Shown in pieces: positions 1 to 16,763 of a stretch of 64,000 nucleotides of DNA. The notes below the pieces were generated by a model. It saw only the letters and a list, made by a program, of their open reading frames with translations, did no database searches and was not told where the DNA came from. The stretch comes from Dictyostelium discoideum (lineage: Eukaryota): NCBI GenBank assembly GCA_000004695.1, contig CM000153.2, forward strand, positions 3,584,001-3,648,000, written 5' to 3'. The position numbers and the translations under genes were made by a program. Each line of letters starts with the position of its first letter. The first letter of the stretch is position 1.

Positions 1-478
1 AAAAATAATATTAAAAAAAAATAAGTTGTACATGTGTTTTTCTTTTTATTTATTTAAACTTTGATTGCTTAATCAAAGATATAATTTTCCAAAAAAAAAA
101 AAAAAATCCAATTTTTTATTTAATTTTATTCCTTTAATTTTTATTTATTATTTGTTTTACTATTTTTTTTTTTTTTTTGATCCCAATATTTGATATTTTT
201 TTTTTTTTATTATTATATTCCAAGTTATTTATTTTTTTGTTTAATGTACAGTAAACTTAAGTCACATATTATCGATAATATCACACCATAAAAAAAAAAA
301 AAAAAAAAAAAAAAACTAATATTGATTTTCCCTAAACATAATTATTATAAATTGGAAGGTCAACACCAAATCTAGCGGTCATATATTTCATTATTATTGC
401 GCTAAAAATAAATAAATTAAGAAAAAGTATTTAATTAATATTATTGTTTTAAAATATATATATTTTTTTTTTATAACC

Positions 479-1281
<803 letters not shown>

Positions 1282-1314
1282 TATTATTTATTTTATATAT
1301 ATATATTATTATAA

Positions 1315-1352
<38 letters not shown>

Positions 1353-2012
1353 CTTTCTTCTTTATTTAAATTATACTTGATTATTTAATTTTAGTATTTA
1401 ATGATTATTAACGAAACCAACTTGTTTTTTTTTTTTTTTTGACGTTTTATATATTTATTTTTAGTATATGTGGTGTGTGAGTGTGTTTATGAAATTAATT
1501 TATATTTTTTTTTTTTTTGAAGAAATTTTAATTAAATTTTTTTATTTTTTTTTTATTTTTTTCTGAATTTTTTTATTTTTTATTTTTTTGAATTTAATTC
1601 TTTTAATTTATTGAAACATATGAAAATACAGGATATTTATATTTCCCTTTCCCAAAAAAGATTGAAATAAACAAATAAATAAAAACAACTAAGCAATTTT
1701 TTTTTTTTTAAAATAATATAAAAAATAAAAAATAAAAAATATTAAAAAAGTTTTTTAATTATTTTTATTTTTTAATTTTTTTTTTTTTTTTTTTTTTTTG
1801 TATAATTAAATCCAAAAAAAACTAAATAAAATTAGATTTACCATTATAAATTTTTATTTTTTATTTTTTTTTATTTTTTTTTATTTTTTTATTTTTTTTT
1901 AGACACAAGCCAAAATAACCTGAGTTTTAATATATTTTTTTTTTTTTTTTTTTTTTTTTTGATCAACTTTTTGTACAACCTATTTATACGCTTCTTCTCC
2001 CATTATTATATT

Positions 2013-4128
<2,116 letters not shown>

Positions 4129-4412
4129 TTTATGCTGTTCTATATATAAGGGATGATTTGGAATCTAAAGAAAAAAAAAAAAAAAATGAAAAAATTTAAT
4201 TTTTTAAAAAAAAAAAAAAAAAATTTCGCAAAAACTTAAAAAATTTAAAAAAAAAAAAAATGAACTTTTAAAACAAATAATTAAACTTTTTTTTTCTCAC
4301 TTATTTATTATTATTATTTTTTTTATTATTAATTTTTTTCTCACTTATTTATTATTATTATTTTTTTTTTTTTGGTTTTTGTTAAAAAAAAATGGGAAAT
4401 TTCCTATATTTT

Positions 4413-4455
<43 letters not shown>

Positions 4456-6064
4456 TCGATAATTTCTTATACTTGGTCTTTAATTGAATGTCAACTTATC
4501 AATTGTTGAATTAATTTTTTTTTATTTTTTTTTTATTTTTTTAATTTTTTTTATCATATCTTTTAATTATTAAATATTGTAAAATTATTAGAAAATGTCT
4601 AAACAAAAAAAAAAAAAATCTACCATCTTATTTTTACAATTTTAAAAATGAGGCAATTTTTTAAAATAATAATTTATTTTATCTATAATAACCTTTGATT
4701 TTTTGGTTTTGAACATTTTTTGTTATTTTTTTTATTTATTTTATTATATGATATATTATTTTTATTTCATTTATTTTTTTTAATTTATATAGCTTTTACC
4801 TAAAAACTTATTGAGCCTAAATAATTATTAAAGATAAAAAAAAATATTTATACAAAATATTTCATACTAAATTTTTTTTTTAATTTAATAATTTTAATTT
4901 TCTAATTTTTTTTATTTTTTTAAATTTTAATAATCCACATAAAGAATAGTTTTTATAAAAATAAAAATAAAATAAATAAATTAATTAAAAAAAACTTTCC
5001 AAACAACAAAAAAATCAGAGGCTTATTTATTTAGTAAATAAATAAATCAATTTAAAAATATTATAATAAAAAAAATTCTTATTTTTTTTTTTTTTTTTTT
5101 TTATATTTTTATTTTTATTTTTATTTTTGTTTTAGTTTTTTATTTTTAATAGATCTCTTGTAATAGATATAATGATTGTTATTTATTAATAAATATGCTT
5201 ATGATTAAAAATAATATAAAAATAGAAAAATAAAAAATAACTTCATTTACACTTTTATCTTTGCATTATTCCGTGTTAATTTTTTTTTATTTTTAGTTTG
5301 TTTTTTTTTATTTTTATTTTGATTCTTTTGGAACCGAATTATTCAAATTTAAAAATAAAAAAAAAAAAAAAAAAAAATAATAAAAAAAATCTTTTTCTCC
5401 TTTACGAAAATAATATCCAATTTTTGATATTTTTTGGTCGAAAAGGCACGAAATAAAAAATAACAAAAAAATTAAATTTTTCACTATCTTTTTTTAAAAA
5501 TAACCAGCTGGTTATGAGGATAGATTCAATGCGTTGTTTTGTAAAATATCAGTCCATTGAGGTTTTTTTTTTTTTTTTTCTTTATGCAATAAGTTTTTTT
5601 TTTTACTTTTTATTTTTCAAATAATACAAAAATAACAGTTTGCTGATTTTGAGGAATTTTTCCACCTTAACCATTTTGTTTGTGAATTAATTTTTATTTT
5701 TTATTTTTTTATTTTTTTTTTTTGTTGATGGTATTAAAATCAAAAACATAATTTTTTTTTTTCTTTTATTTTTTATTTTTTATATTTTTATTTAAAATTT
5801 TATTTTATTTTTAAAAAAATTCTTTTTATAGTTTTTTGTCTAACACACCCATTAACTAATCAACTTTTTTTTTTTATTTTTTTTAGCCTTATTTTTCTTT
5901 CCTTCTTTTTTTTTTTTTTTTTTTTTTTTTTTCACTGTAAATAACTTGTAAATAATATTGTATAAAATAATTAATTTAAAATAAAATAAAAAAAAAAAAA
6001 AAATAAAATAAAATAAAATTAAAAAAAAAGAAAATAAAATTAAAAAAAAAAGAAAGAAAGAGAA

Positions 6065-7549
6065 ATGGGTTATTCTTATGTTAAATATGATTCATTTACA
6101 ACATCTAACCCAGTAAATAAAGCGGTATTGGGATTATCTATTATAAGATTATTTATATTTTTTGTAATTTTCATATTAAATTTAAATCAAACGATTAAAG
6201 AAATTTTAATAGCAAAGAGAAAAAAAAAATTTATTTATAATGCACGTTTATTAACATATATTTCAATTACAATTTATCCATTTAGTAAGTAAATGAATAA
6301 TAATAATCTCAAAATTATTTTTATTATTAATATTTTTATTTTTTATAAAAAAATAATTAATAACATTGTTTTTATCAAATTAAAATTTTTTTAGCAAGAC
6401 TTGGAATGATTGGTGCATTTTTTTATGATAAGAACATTGATAACGGATCAATTACTGTGGCTATTAGTATTTGGGGAACTCTATTTCAGTACACAGAATG
6501 GGTAGGTTTTAAAGTTTTTTATTTTTATTTTTTTATTTTTTTTTAAAAAATAATATTAATTAACAAAAAAAATAAAATTAAATAATAATAATAAAATTAA
6601 TAAAAATAGGTTTTTATTGCTGGTTATTGGCTTAGTTTATTATATACCTTTTTTTTAAGTAAGGACATGGTGTTAGTAAATACAAAAAAAGCATGGCTAG
6701 TTTCTTATGGTATATTTGTAATTTTAGTTTTTTGGACAATTATTCAAACAGTTTTTAATTTTTATTATGTAGATTATATGGTAAATAATTTATTTTAAAA
6801 TTAATAATAATAATTATAGTTTTTTTTTTTTTTTTTTTTTTTTTTTCTTCTAACCATAATTTGTTTTTGTTTAAAAAAAAAAAAAAAAAAAAAAGAATGC
6901 AACATATGGTCCAGGTCAAATTGTTATTGTTTGTGGAATTGGTGGATTTTATTTTATAAATGGTGTTCTATTATTTAAATCAATGAAAAAATATGATCAA
7001 TCAGGAAATACTCAATTAGGAGAAAGATATAATAGAATTGTTAAAATGGTAGTTATATTATTAATTTTAGTAGTTAGCGTATTTTTAGTATACATAGTAC
7101 AATTTCCGATATTAGGATCAGAAGACCATCAAACATCAAATTATGCATTTTATTTAGTAAGTTGTTTATTAGAATTTATGCAATTACCAGTGGTTATGTA
7201 CTCTTTAGGTGGAGATTCTTTTAAACCTTATTTTAAATTCTTTAAATATGATGAAACTCTTAGCTCTAAAGGATATACAACAAGCGGTGGTGGTGCAGGT
7301 GGTGCAGGTTCTTCAGCTAATAAAAGTTGTGGTGAAATATCATTGGATGTCAATGATTCGTCGATGGTATCTAGAAATACAGAAACTACAATGACAGCAT
7401 CCACATTTAATAACACCTCAGCCTATTCACTAACATCTTCAAACATTACAAATAATACATCAACTTCAACATTTAATAATATTTCATCATCAACATTAAA
7501 CTCTTCAGCTGTTAATTTATCATTGTCCACAGAGTTAAATAAATATTAA
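6065..7549 (+). CDS. 7-TM membrane protein, paralogue A, about 383 aa; exons 6065..6284, 6395..6501, 6610..6780, 6896..7549
   Basis: Donors are A|GTAAGT, TGG|GTAGGT and ATG|GTAAAT; acceptors are tttttttag, aaaaatag and aaaaaaaag. 220+107+171+654 = 1152 nt = 384 codons. There are seven hydrophobic segments and a conserved motif MYSLGGDSFK before a Ser/Thr/Asn-rich tail. It is paralogous to genes at 7605..8945 and 12207..13379. Confidence 0.7.
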
Positions 7550-7604
7550 AAAAAAAAAAAAAGGGATAACAAATTTAAATTAAAAATAGATTTATTTTAA
7601 TATT

Positions 7605-8490
7605 TTAAACAGAATTTTCACTAGAATCTAAATTTGAACAACTAATATTTGGAGATTCACTGACATTACTAACATTTGATGAAGAAATATTTGAGATCAC
7701 ACTTGAATCTATTGATTTTTGAGTTTGAATGTTTTTTAATTTAATATTGTTATTATTATCATGTGCATCAGAGCTATAGTTACTATCAACAGTTGATGAA
7801 GATACACCACTATAATATTCACTCTTTGGATCTTCTGGTAATTTTTGATTATATAAAATTATATATCTTTTAAATGAATCACCACCCAATGAATACATTA
7901 CAATTGGTAATTGAGTAAATTCAATAAGTGAAGCTATTAAATAAAAAATATAATTTCCAGTTTCTTTTCCATTCCATTTTAAAATTAGTACTTGAACAAC
8001 AAACATAAATAATGCACCAAAAACTAATAATAAAAGTGCAAAAGATAAAAAAATAATTCTTTTATAACCTTTTTGAAAACTTTTAACTTTTCCTTTCTTT
8101 TTCATTTCTCTAATTAATAAAACACCATTAACAAAATAAAAAATACCAATACTAACAATTAAAATAACTTGTCCAACACCATATGTTCTATCCTAAATTT
8201 TTAAAATTTTTTAAATATTGTTTAAAATTTTTTAGTATAGATAATTATTTTTTTTTATTTTTTATGGTACAAAAAACTTACCATTAGTGGGAGATTGTAA
8301 AAATTAAAAACTGTTTGAACAATTGTCCAAATAATTAAAATAATTACAATTGACCAAGATGCAATCCAAACAATTTTAGTATTAGTTTTTACATAATCTT
8401 TGGTTAAAAAGAAAGTATATAAAAGACTCATCCAATAACAAGCAATAAAAACCTATATTTAATTTAAAAATAAAAAATAAATTTTATTAG

Positions 8491-8533
<43 letters not shown>

Positions 8534-8680
8534 CTTACCCATTCAAAATATTGAAACATAGTTGCCCAGATACTCATAACTGCCATAACTGAACCTCTAT
8601 AAATACTTTTATCATATCCCAAAAATTCACCAATCATTGCAGTTTTGACTAATTATTAAAAATTAAAAAAGAGTTTAATT

Positions 8681-8716
<36 letters not shown>

Positions 8717-8945
8717 CATACGTACTTAATGGGTAAATAGTAATACAGATATAAGTAACCAAACGTGCATTTGTAAAATAAACATTTCTTTTTCTTGCTG
8801 CAATGAATTCTCTAATTGATTGATTTAAGTTTAATAAAAAAAATAAAAAGAATATCAACATTCTAATAATGGACAAACCAAGGATTGCCTTATTAACAGG
8901 ATCAGACGTAGTAAATTCGTCCAAAACTTCATTCTTAAACACCAT
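7605..8945 (-). CDS. 7-TM membrane protein, paralogue B, about 362 aa; exons 8726..8945, 8539..8648, 8282..8452, 7605..8192
   Basis: Exon structure is the same as paralogue A: exon 1 is 220 nt in both and exon 3 is 171 nt in both. Donors are A|GTACGT, TGG|GTAAGA and ATG|GTAAGT. 220+110+171+588 = 1089 nt = 363 codons. Motif MYSLGGDSFK is present. Confidence 0.7.
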
Positions 8946-9583
8946 TCCTTTATTTTTACAAATTAAAAAATTTTAGAAATTTATCTCTTTTTTTCTATTT
9001 CTCTTTACTTTTTAGTGAGGTAGTTTTTGAAAATAAGTAAGACTGGAAGAATTTTTTTTGATACCCAACAAAATATAAAAAGACTTAAGGATTAAAAAAT
9101 TTATTCTAATAACCATTGTCATTGAAAGCCATATATTAATAAATTTTCAATTAAAAAAAAATGTGGAAATCTAAGATGGTTTGCTGAATAAAAAATTATG
9201 GCTTGTGGTTGGCCAATTTTTTTTTTTTTTTTATTTTTTTAATAATATCTCGGACGAATTTTGTTTTTTTTTTTTAGGACTAAATGTTAAATTAAAAAAT
9301 TGCACCAAAATGCATTCAAAAATAGATTTCGTTGTTCTTTTTTTTCTTTGGAAACTAAATTATTAGTATTAAAAAGAAAAAAAAAATAAAAAATTAATAG
9401 AAAGTCAACTTTTGCAATAACAAATCCAATTTATTTAATAATTTTTTTTTTTTTTTAAAACTTTCGCAGTTTGGTGAATGATATTTTTTATGAAAAAAAA
9501 AAAAATTATCTGCAAAGACATTGATTGTTTTTTTTTATATATTTTTTTTTTTTTTTTTCTTAACAAATATATTATTATTTTTA

Positions 9584-11429
9584 TTATAAATTTATAAGAG
9601 TGAAATAAAATAATGGTAATATTAAATTATCTATTTGAGTAGTGGATGCTTCCATTAAAGAGCAAGAGGTTGAAGTGACAATTATTTTTAAAATTGAAGA
9701 GATTGTCAAGGAGGAACCACTTGCAGAACAAAACCAATAAAGCAATAAAGAGGCAATAATAGTAAAAATGGAACCAGCTACAGTGCCTTCAATTGATTTT
9801 TGTGAACCAAACCATTTATTTCTACCATATTTTACACCGAAATAAGAAGCCATTGTATCACCAATACCAATTGTTAATATACCAGAGAATGGTGATAAGA
9901 AATGATAAGAATTTGATTGGATGCCACTACTACCAAGATGAATTAAATCCATAAAGAAAGTTAAAAACAAAGGTATTGAACAGCCTAGTAATAGATAAAT
10001 ATGGGTAGTTGTAATTAGTCCAGAATCACGGTCATCCAAGAATCTGTCCATGTAATGTCTAATTGGTAATGCTAATGGTGGTGCAAGTGAGTATTTTAAT
10101 AGTTCCAATAATATTAAAGCACTAATGGAAACTGAATAGCTTAAGACCATGAATTTATACATATCATCGTCACCTTCCAATAGTAGTGGTGGAGTAAACA
10201 TCACTATTGCCAGTATATGAAAATACTTTCTAGAGATAATCATTGGTATACTAGAATGAATGGTTGGTTGATATGAAAATATAGTGAATACCAATAATAC
10301 CATCCATAATCCAATTGTATACTTTATTCTATCACTTGATCCAATATATTCAAATACCCAAATAAATGGATTCTCACCATTCAATTGATATGATAATACT
10401 GGATAAATAATACCAACTATTATAAAAATTACTAAAAAATAAAATAAACTACTCTTTATTATTATATTCTTTATTAAATTATTATTATTATTATTATTAT
10501 TATAATCTGTCATTAATTTTCTTAAACTTTTTGCAACATTAAATAAACTATTTAAAAAAACAATAAATAATGAACCAACTATTAAACTATAAAAACAATA
10601 TAATATATTTATTCTAGAAAATTTATTAATACTATTATCATTATTATTATTATTATTATTGTTATTAATAAATAAATTATAAAAATATCTAATTGATTCT
10701 GATAATAGTATAGTAATAATTTGAGAAATAATTGAAGCTTCTCCTATTGTAAAACTATTTGGTAATTTATAGAGTAATTGTTTTGTTATTACTAAAAATA
10801 TAAAACTTAATAAAAATAAAAATAATGTTAACTTTAAATTATTAAAATTAATTTCATTGTCAAAGAATATTGTAAAAGAGATTATTAAAGTGATTAAAAA
10901 TATTATTATGAAATTTGTATATTCTTTTTTTGTTAAAGAAGGTTGGTGTGATGATGATGACGAAGGCTTCCATATTTTTGAATTTCTATATGTATTTATA
11001 TGATTAAATAAAAATAGTGGTGATATTATTGATAATGAAATTTGATATAATGATATTATTGTGAAATAGTTATTATTATTATTATTATTATTGTTATTTA
11101 ATGTTAATAAAATAACTAATAATATATTAGGTATTAATGATATTCCTAAACCTAATCCCCAATCTGATTGTTGTCTTTCTACTAATAATTTATTATCATC
11201 ATTATTATTTTTATGAGATCTTGAATGTAAATTTTTAGATGTAAAATTAAATTTAATAAAAAATTGATAACAAATGTTGATGGTGGTAGATAAAATTAAG
11301 AAACTATTTTTATAAAAATTTTCAATCAAGCTAATTTCATTGTTTTTATTAATGGTATTATATAATAATATTATTGATACTAATACTTGAAAAATGAATT
11401 CAAGTTTGCTATTATTATTATTATTTTTA

Positions 11430-11465
<36 letters not shown>

Positions 11466-11491
11466 GGGTTTCCTTTGACCTCAGAGAACAT
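9584..11491 (-). CDS. dolk: dolichol kinase (Sec59/DOLK-like), 635 aa, single exon
   Basis: Track ORF with a genuine ATG. There are many TM segments. The C-terminal motif GIGDTMASYFGVKYGRNKWFGSQKSIEGTVAGS is the CTP-dependent polyprenol kinase signature. The protein carries N-rich low-complexity inserts. Confidence 0.7.
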
Positions 11492-11502
11492 TTTTAGTTA
11501 GC

Positions 11503-11541
<39 letters not shown>

Positions 11542-11688
11542 CTTTTTTTTATTTTTTGCGAATTTCAGTGAAAAAAAAAAAAAAAGATTGGTAATACAAA
11601 AAACCTAGCTTACGGTCTAAAAGGAAAGTGTAGGAATTAAACATAAAAAAAATAGGTAATACAAACAAAATAACATTTTTATTTTTTT

Positions 11689-11720
<32 letters not shown>

Positions 11721-12206
11721 AGAAATAATATCTTTTTTTTTATATGAAAACACATGGTTAGGATTAATATTTTTTATTTTTTTATTTTTGTTTTTTTTTT
11801 TTTTTTTTGTCCAATAAATAAAAATGGTTTAAAATTTTTTTTTTTTTTAAACAAAAAGATAAGATTTTTTGATGTGATTTCATATTTGGATTTTTTTTTT
11901 TTCCCTCAAAAAGAATGGTGTTGGACAATTTTAAATGATTTCTATTTGACAGTTTTTGTTTTTTCTTTATTATACATAAAAAAAAAAAAAAAAAAAACTT
12001 ATTTTAAAAATCTAATCTCTGATAATATTTATTTAGGTTTTTGGGATAATTTATTTTGACTCCTTTTTATTTTTAAATATGATGAATAAAATTTTTTTTT
12101 TTTTTTGTTATGTCTTTTCTTTAATATTACATTATAAAAAAAAAAAAAAAAAAAAAAAAATAAAAGAAAGTAAAATAAAATAAATAATTATAAAATTTTT
12201 GATAAA

Positions 12207-12870
12207 ATGGGATATAAAGCAATAAAATTAGATGAATTTACATCAAATGAAACAATAAATAAAGCCATATTAGGATTATCAATAATTAGGTTATTTATTT
12301 TTTTAATATTTTTTATTTTATCTCTAAACCAAACTTTAAAAGAAATTAAAATTGAAAAAGAGAAATCAAAAAAATTTTATTTAAAAAATGCTAGAATTTA
12401 TTCATATGTCACAATTACATTATTTTCTTTAAGTAATATATTTTTTTTTTTATTTAATTATTTTTAAAACTATTTATTTATTTATTTTATATTTTTTTTT
12501 TATTTTTTTATTTTTTTTAAAATTAATTTTGGGAAATAAAAAAGTGAGAATGGCAATGATTGGAGTCTTTTTTTATGATAAATCAATTTATAATGGTTCA
12601 GTATGGTCAGCTATGAGTATTTGGGGTACGTTATTTCAATACTTACTTTGGGTATCAATTGCAGGATATTGGATGTCATTATTATATTCTTTTTTTTTAA
12701 GTAAGAATGTTGTAGCTAAAAATATAAATGCTGCTTGGAATGCTACATATTTAATTGGATTAGTTTTAATAATTTGGACTATTTCACAAACTATTTGTAA
12801 TTTTTATTATGTTAAATTAATGGTAAATTTTATTATAAATTAATAAACTAAAATTAATTAATTTATTAAA

Positions 12871-12901
<31 letters not shown>

Positions 12902-13379
12902 AATTTAGAATTTAATTTATGGTCCTGTTCAAGTTGTAATTATTAGTGGTATTGGTACATTTTATATAATAAATGGTTTTATATTAGTAAGAGGTATGAA
13001 AAGTCATGAAATGAATGGTAGTAAAATTGAAAAGTTAAAAGAACAATATAAAAGGGTTATTAGATTATGTATTTTATTATTTTTATTTGTTATTTTGGCA
13101 CTTGTATTATATTTAATACAATATCAAATTTTAAAACTTGAAGACTATGATAAAGAGAATTATATATTTTATATGTTTGTTTGTTTTTTAGAATTCTCTC
13201 AACTATTAATTATTATGTATTCTTTGGGTGGTGATAGTTTTAAAAATTATTTTATATTATATTCATTCAGTCCAATTCAAACAAAAAATGTAAATTATGG
13301 AATTAGTTCAAATATCTCTACAGCATCATCAACATCTTCTTCTTCAAAAAATGAAATTGAATTAAAAGTAAATGATTAA
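12207..13379 (+). CDS. 7-TM membrane protein, paralogue C, about 324 aa; exons 12207..12432, 12545..12822, 12909..13379
   Basis: The same phase-1 intron 1 as A and B (A|GTAATA ... aaaaag|TG) is present. The intron between the TM2 and TM3 exons that A and B carry is absent here, where the reading frame runs straight through. 226+278+471 = 975 nt = 325 codons. Motif MYSLGGDSFK is present. Confidence 0.7.
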
Positions 13380-13714
13380 AAAAAAAAAAAAAAAAAACAG
13401 TGTTTTAATAGTATTATCTTTTTTTAAGGTTATAAATTTTTTATTTATTTATCTTTTAATTGCCTATCAATTTTAACATAATAAAAAAAAAAAAAAAATA
13501 TATATACATAAAAAAATATAAAAAAGTAATTTTAAAATAACACTTTTTGTCAAAAATAAAATTAACATAATGCACTGTTGAGGTTGAAAATAAAAAATGA
13601 AATTAAAAAAACATTTTTTATTTTTTTATTTTTTTTATTTTTATTTTTTATTTTTTTTTTAATTTTTTTTTTTTTTTTTTTTTTTTTCATTAAACACCCA
13701 CCAACCTGATTGCC

Positions 13715-13897
13715 ATGATTAAAAATTTATTGTTTTCAAAAAATAATAAAAATACATTATTATTTTTATCATCGCCATTGTCATTAAAAAATAAATCTAT
13801 AACACCAATAATTTATAAAAATTATTTTTCAACAAAATTTATAAGCTATAAAAATGAATCACCAAAGTTAAAACCATTCTTTCCTAAAAATAATCAA

Positions 13898-13959
<62 letters not shown>

Positions 13960-16552
13960 TAATAACATTAATATAAATAATAATAATGATAGTAATAATA
14001 ATAACTCAAACCTTGAAAGTCCTTATTTTTTTTCAAAAAATGTTGATTTTACTTCCGAAATACCTGATTTTCTATCAAAAAAGTAAGTAAATTATTATTA
14101 TTATTTTTTTTTTAAAAAAAATATATATATATCTAAATATTTTTATTTTTATTATTATTATTATTATTATTAATATTATTATAGAGCTGTTAAAATAGTA
14201 ACAAATATTTTAAATTGTTCAGATATTGAATATATAAAAGAAGATATATGGTCATTACATTTATTAAAAATAAAACATTATTTAAGAATGCATTCAGTAT
14301 TTCAAAGATTATTTGAAAATATTGAAAATTCAACGAAAATGTTTGCGACAGATGAATCAAAAAAGAAAGAAGAGCTTCTTGAAGAAATAATGGATTATTT
14401 ATTTAGTAAAGATGAATTTAAAAATGATTTAGTCAATTGTTATTTTTATTCAATTGTAAATTATGATCTTGCTGGAAAGAATAAAATGGTGATTAAAATC
14501 TTTGAAAAAGTAATGAAAAAACAAAATTACAAAAAAAAGGATTTTATTACAAATGAAACCATAAAAGTTTTATTAGAATTTCGTCGTATTGATTTAGCTA
14601 TAAAAGTTTATAGATCTCGTTTTACTGAATTCGATATTGGTATAAACATGGATACCGTACTAGTATTCACAAATTATTTCGAAAAAAAACTAAAATATAA
14701 ATGGGCAAAAGTTTGGGGAAACCAAGATAGAGTAAAATATGAAGAGACCTATAATAAGAGATTAAATAAAAAAACAATTCGACCAATTAGAACTGACGCT
14801 TACCCAAGATTAGAAACGATCTATAAAGAGATTTATAGTTTCATTAATAATGAACTACCATCAACTATACCATGTGAACAACCGAATCCATTAAAAGGAC
14901 CAGACACTGATAGATATAGTGAAGAATATAAACAAGCTCAAAAAGAATTGAATATTAGTCTATTAAGAATTGATGCATTTGGTATTGTTAAAGTATTAGA
15001 CAGTTACTTTTTTAAATATGATCAGATTCCACACTTCAATACATTATTTATTTCATTTCAAGTCGTTAGTGACCATTATGGTGTTTATTGGATTGAACAA
15101 TTTAGAAATATGCCAAAATATATTTTTGATATTGTAAATTTTGGTAATGATGATAATCCACAATACCAACAAAAAAAAGAAAAACGACAACTAGAACGAC
15201 AACAACTAGAAGAACAACAACAACAAGAACAACAAGAACAACAAGAACAACAAGAACAACAAGAACCAAATGAACAAAATAATGAACAACAAATTCAAGA
15301 AAAAGAAAAAGAAAAAGAACAAGAAAAAGAAGAATTTTTAAATAATGAATTGGTACCAAATGAAAATGAATTGTTAGAAATTTTTAAAAAATTATTATCT
15401 CAACCAAAATTTGAATATCCAATTAGATTATTTAAAATGGTATCAGATTTGAAAATAGAGGTGAAATTTACAGATATGATAATTCATCAATTCTTGGGTT
15501 ATTTGAGATTTTATTATAATCAAATTAATCAACCAAGTTTAATTGAAGATTTATTTGAAAATCTTCAATATTATTCAACTACAGTTGGATATAATAATTT
15601 ATTATTAAATCATTTATTTGAAAATTTGAGAGCCATTGAAACCTCTGAAGAATATGAATCAACTTTGGATAGTTTATTAGATTTTTATTATAAAATTCCA
15701 AGAAAGGATTATGCTACCTTTGATATAATCTTGAGAATAGTTAATTTTAAAAATAGCATCTCACCTCATAGAACAAGTGCAGCCAAATTATACGGTAAAT
15801 TATTAATCAATGCTTCACTCTCGAATCAAACTGTTTTATTAAATAATAGAATCGTAAATTATCTAGTCGATTTCGTGCACGGAAACTTTGTTGAAGCTTT
15901 TATTGCTCAAGATCCAAACGTATGGAGAGATCTAGATACAGATATTGTCATTAAATATTTTAATCGTCTTCGTAGAACTGGTAAATTACAAAAAGTCTTG
16001 GAAAAGTTTAAGGAAAGAGAAATTTATTGCCCCTTTGTTGATCCAGAGTTATTCAATCTCATCTCTCATGCAAATAGAAATATTAAAGATCCTATAGTTT
16101 CAAATCTCTTATATATTCATTCTAAAAAGAATGCTGCCTTCTTTAAAAATAAACCTCAAGAAACAGTTCAACATAATGAAAAACATGATGATACAGTCCA
16201 ACAAGAAGAAGAAAAAGAAGATGATACAATTCAACATAAACAAACACATGATGATACAGTTCAACATAAAGAAAAAGATGATGATAAAGTTCAAGATGTT
16301 GATGATGATGATGTCATATTTGAATATGAAGATGATGATGCAATTCAATATGAAGAAGAAAAAGAAGAAGGTGATGATGCACTTCAATATGAAGAATATG
16401 AAACAAATCAATATAAAGGTGAAATTTTCTTTGAAAATCCTCTCGATCAATATCTTTATCAAAAAAATAGAGAACCATTTACACCTTCACAAATTGAAAC
16501 TTTAGAAAAAATTTTATCAATTAAAGATTATAACCCAGGTTCAAAACTTTAA
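13715..16552 (+). CDS. hypothetical protein, about 911 aa, with a basic/hydroxylated N-terminus that looks like a mitochondrial presequence, alpha-helical repeat content, and an acidic C-terminal DDTVQHxEK repeat region; exons 13715..14082 and 14185..16552
   Basis: The donor AA|GTAAGT overlaps the apparent stop of track ORF 13715..14086. The acceptor attatag|A at 14185 restores the frame into ORF 14288..16552. 368+2368 = 2736 nt = 912 codons. The function call is weak; a PPR/TPR-like fold is only a guess. Confidence 0.5.
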
Positions 16553-16763
16553 ATAAATAAATAATAAATAAATAAAATAAAATAAAATAAAATAAAATAA
16601 AATAAAATAAATAAATTATAATAATAAAATACCAAAAAAAAAAATAATATTTATTTTATAATTAATTTTATTTTGGTTTTTTTTTTTATTTTATTTTTAA
16701 TCATGGATGGATCTAATGATTTTAGTTTTATTTAAATTATTTTTTTTTTTTTTATTTATTTAT

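Noticed and set aside
7209-7416. Overlapping 61-62-aa ORFs on both strands inside 7-TM gene A
   Set aside because: They are alternative-frame or antisense readings of the GGT GGT GCA GGT Gly/Ser-rich tail of the real gene.
15102-16505. ORFs 15102..15359 (minus), 16109..16462 (minus) and 16131..16505 (plus)
   Set aside because: They are antisense or other-frame readings of the acidic QEQQEQ and DDTVQH repeat regions of the gene at 13715..16552. Their composition is polyV, polyF or polyM low-complexity.
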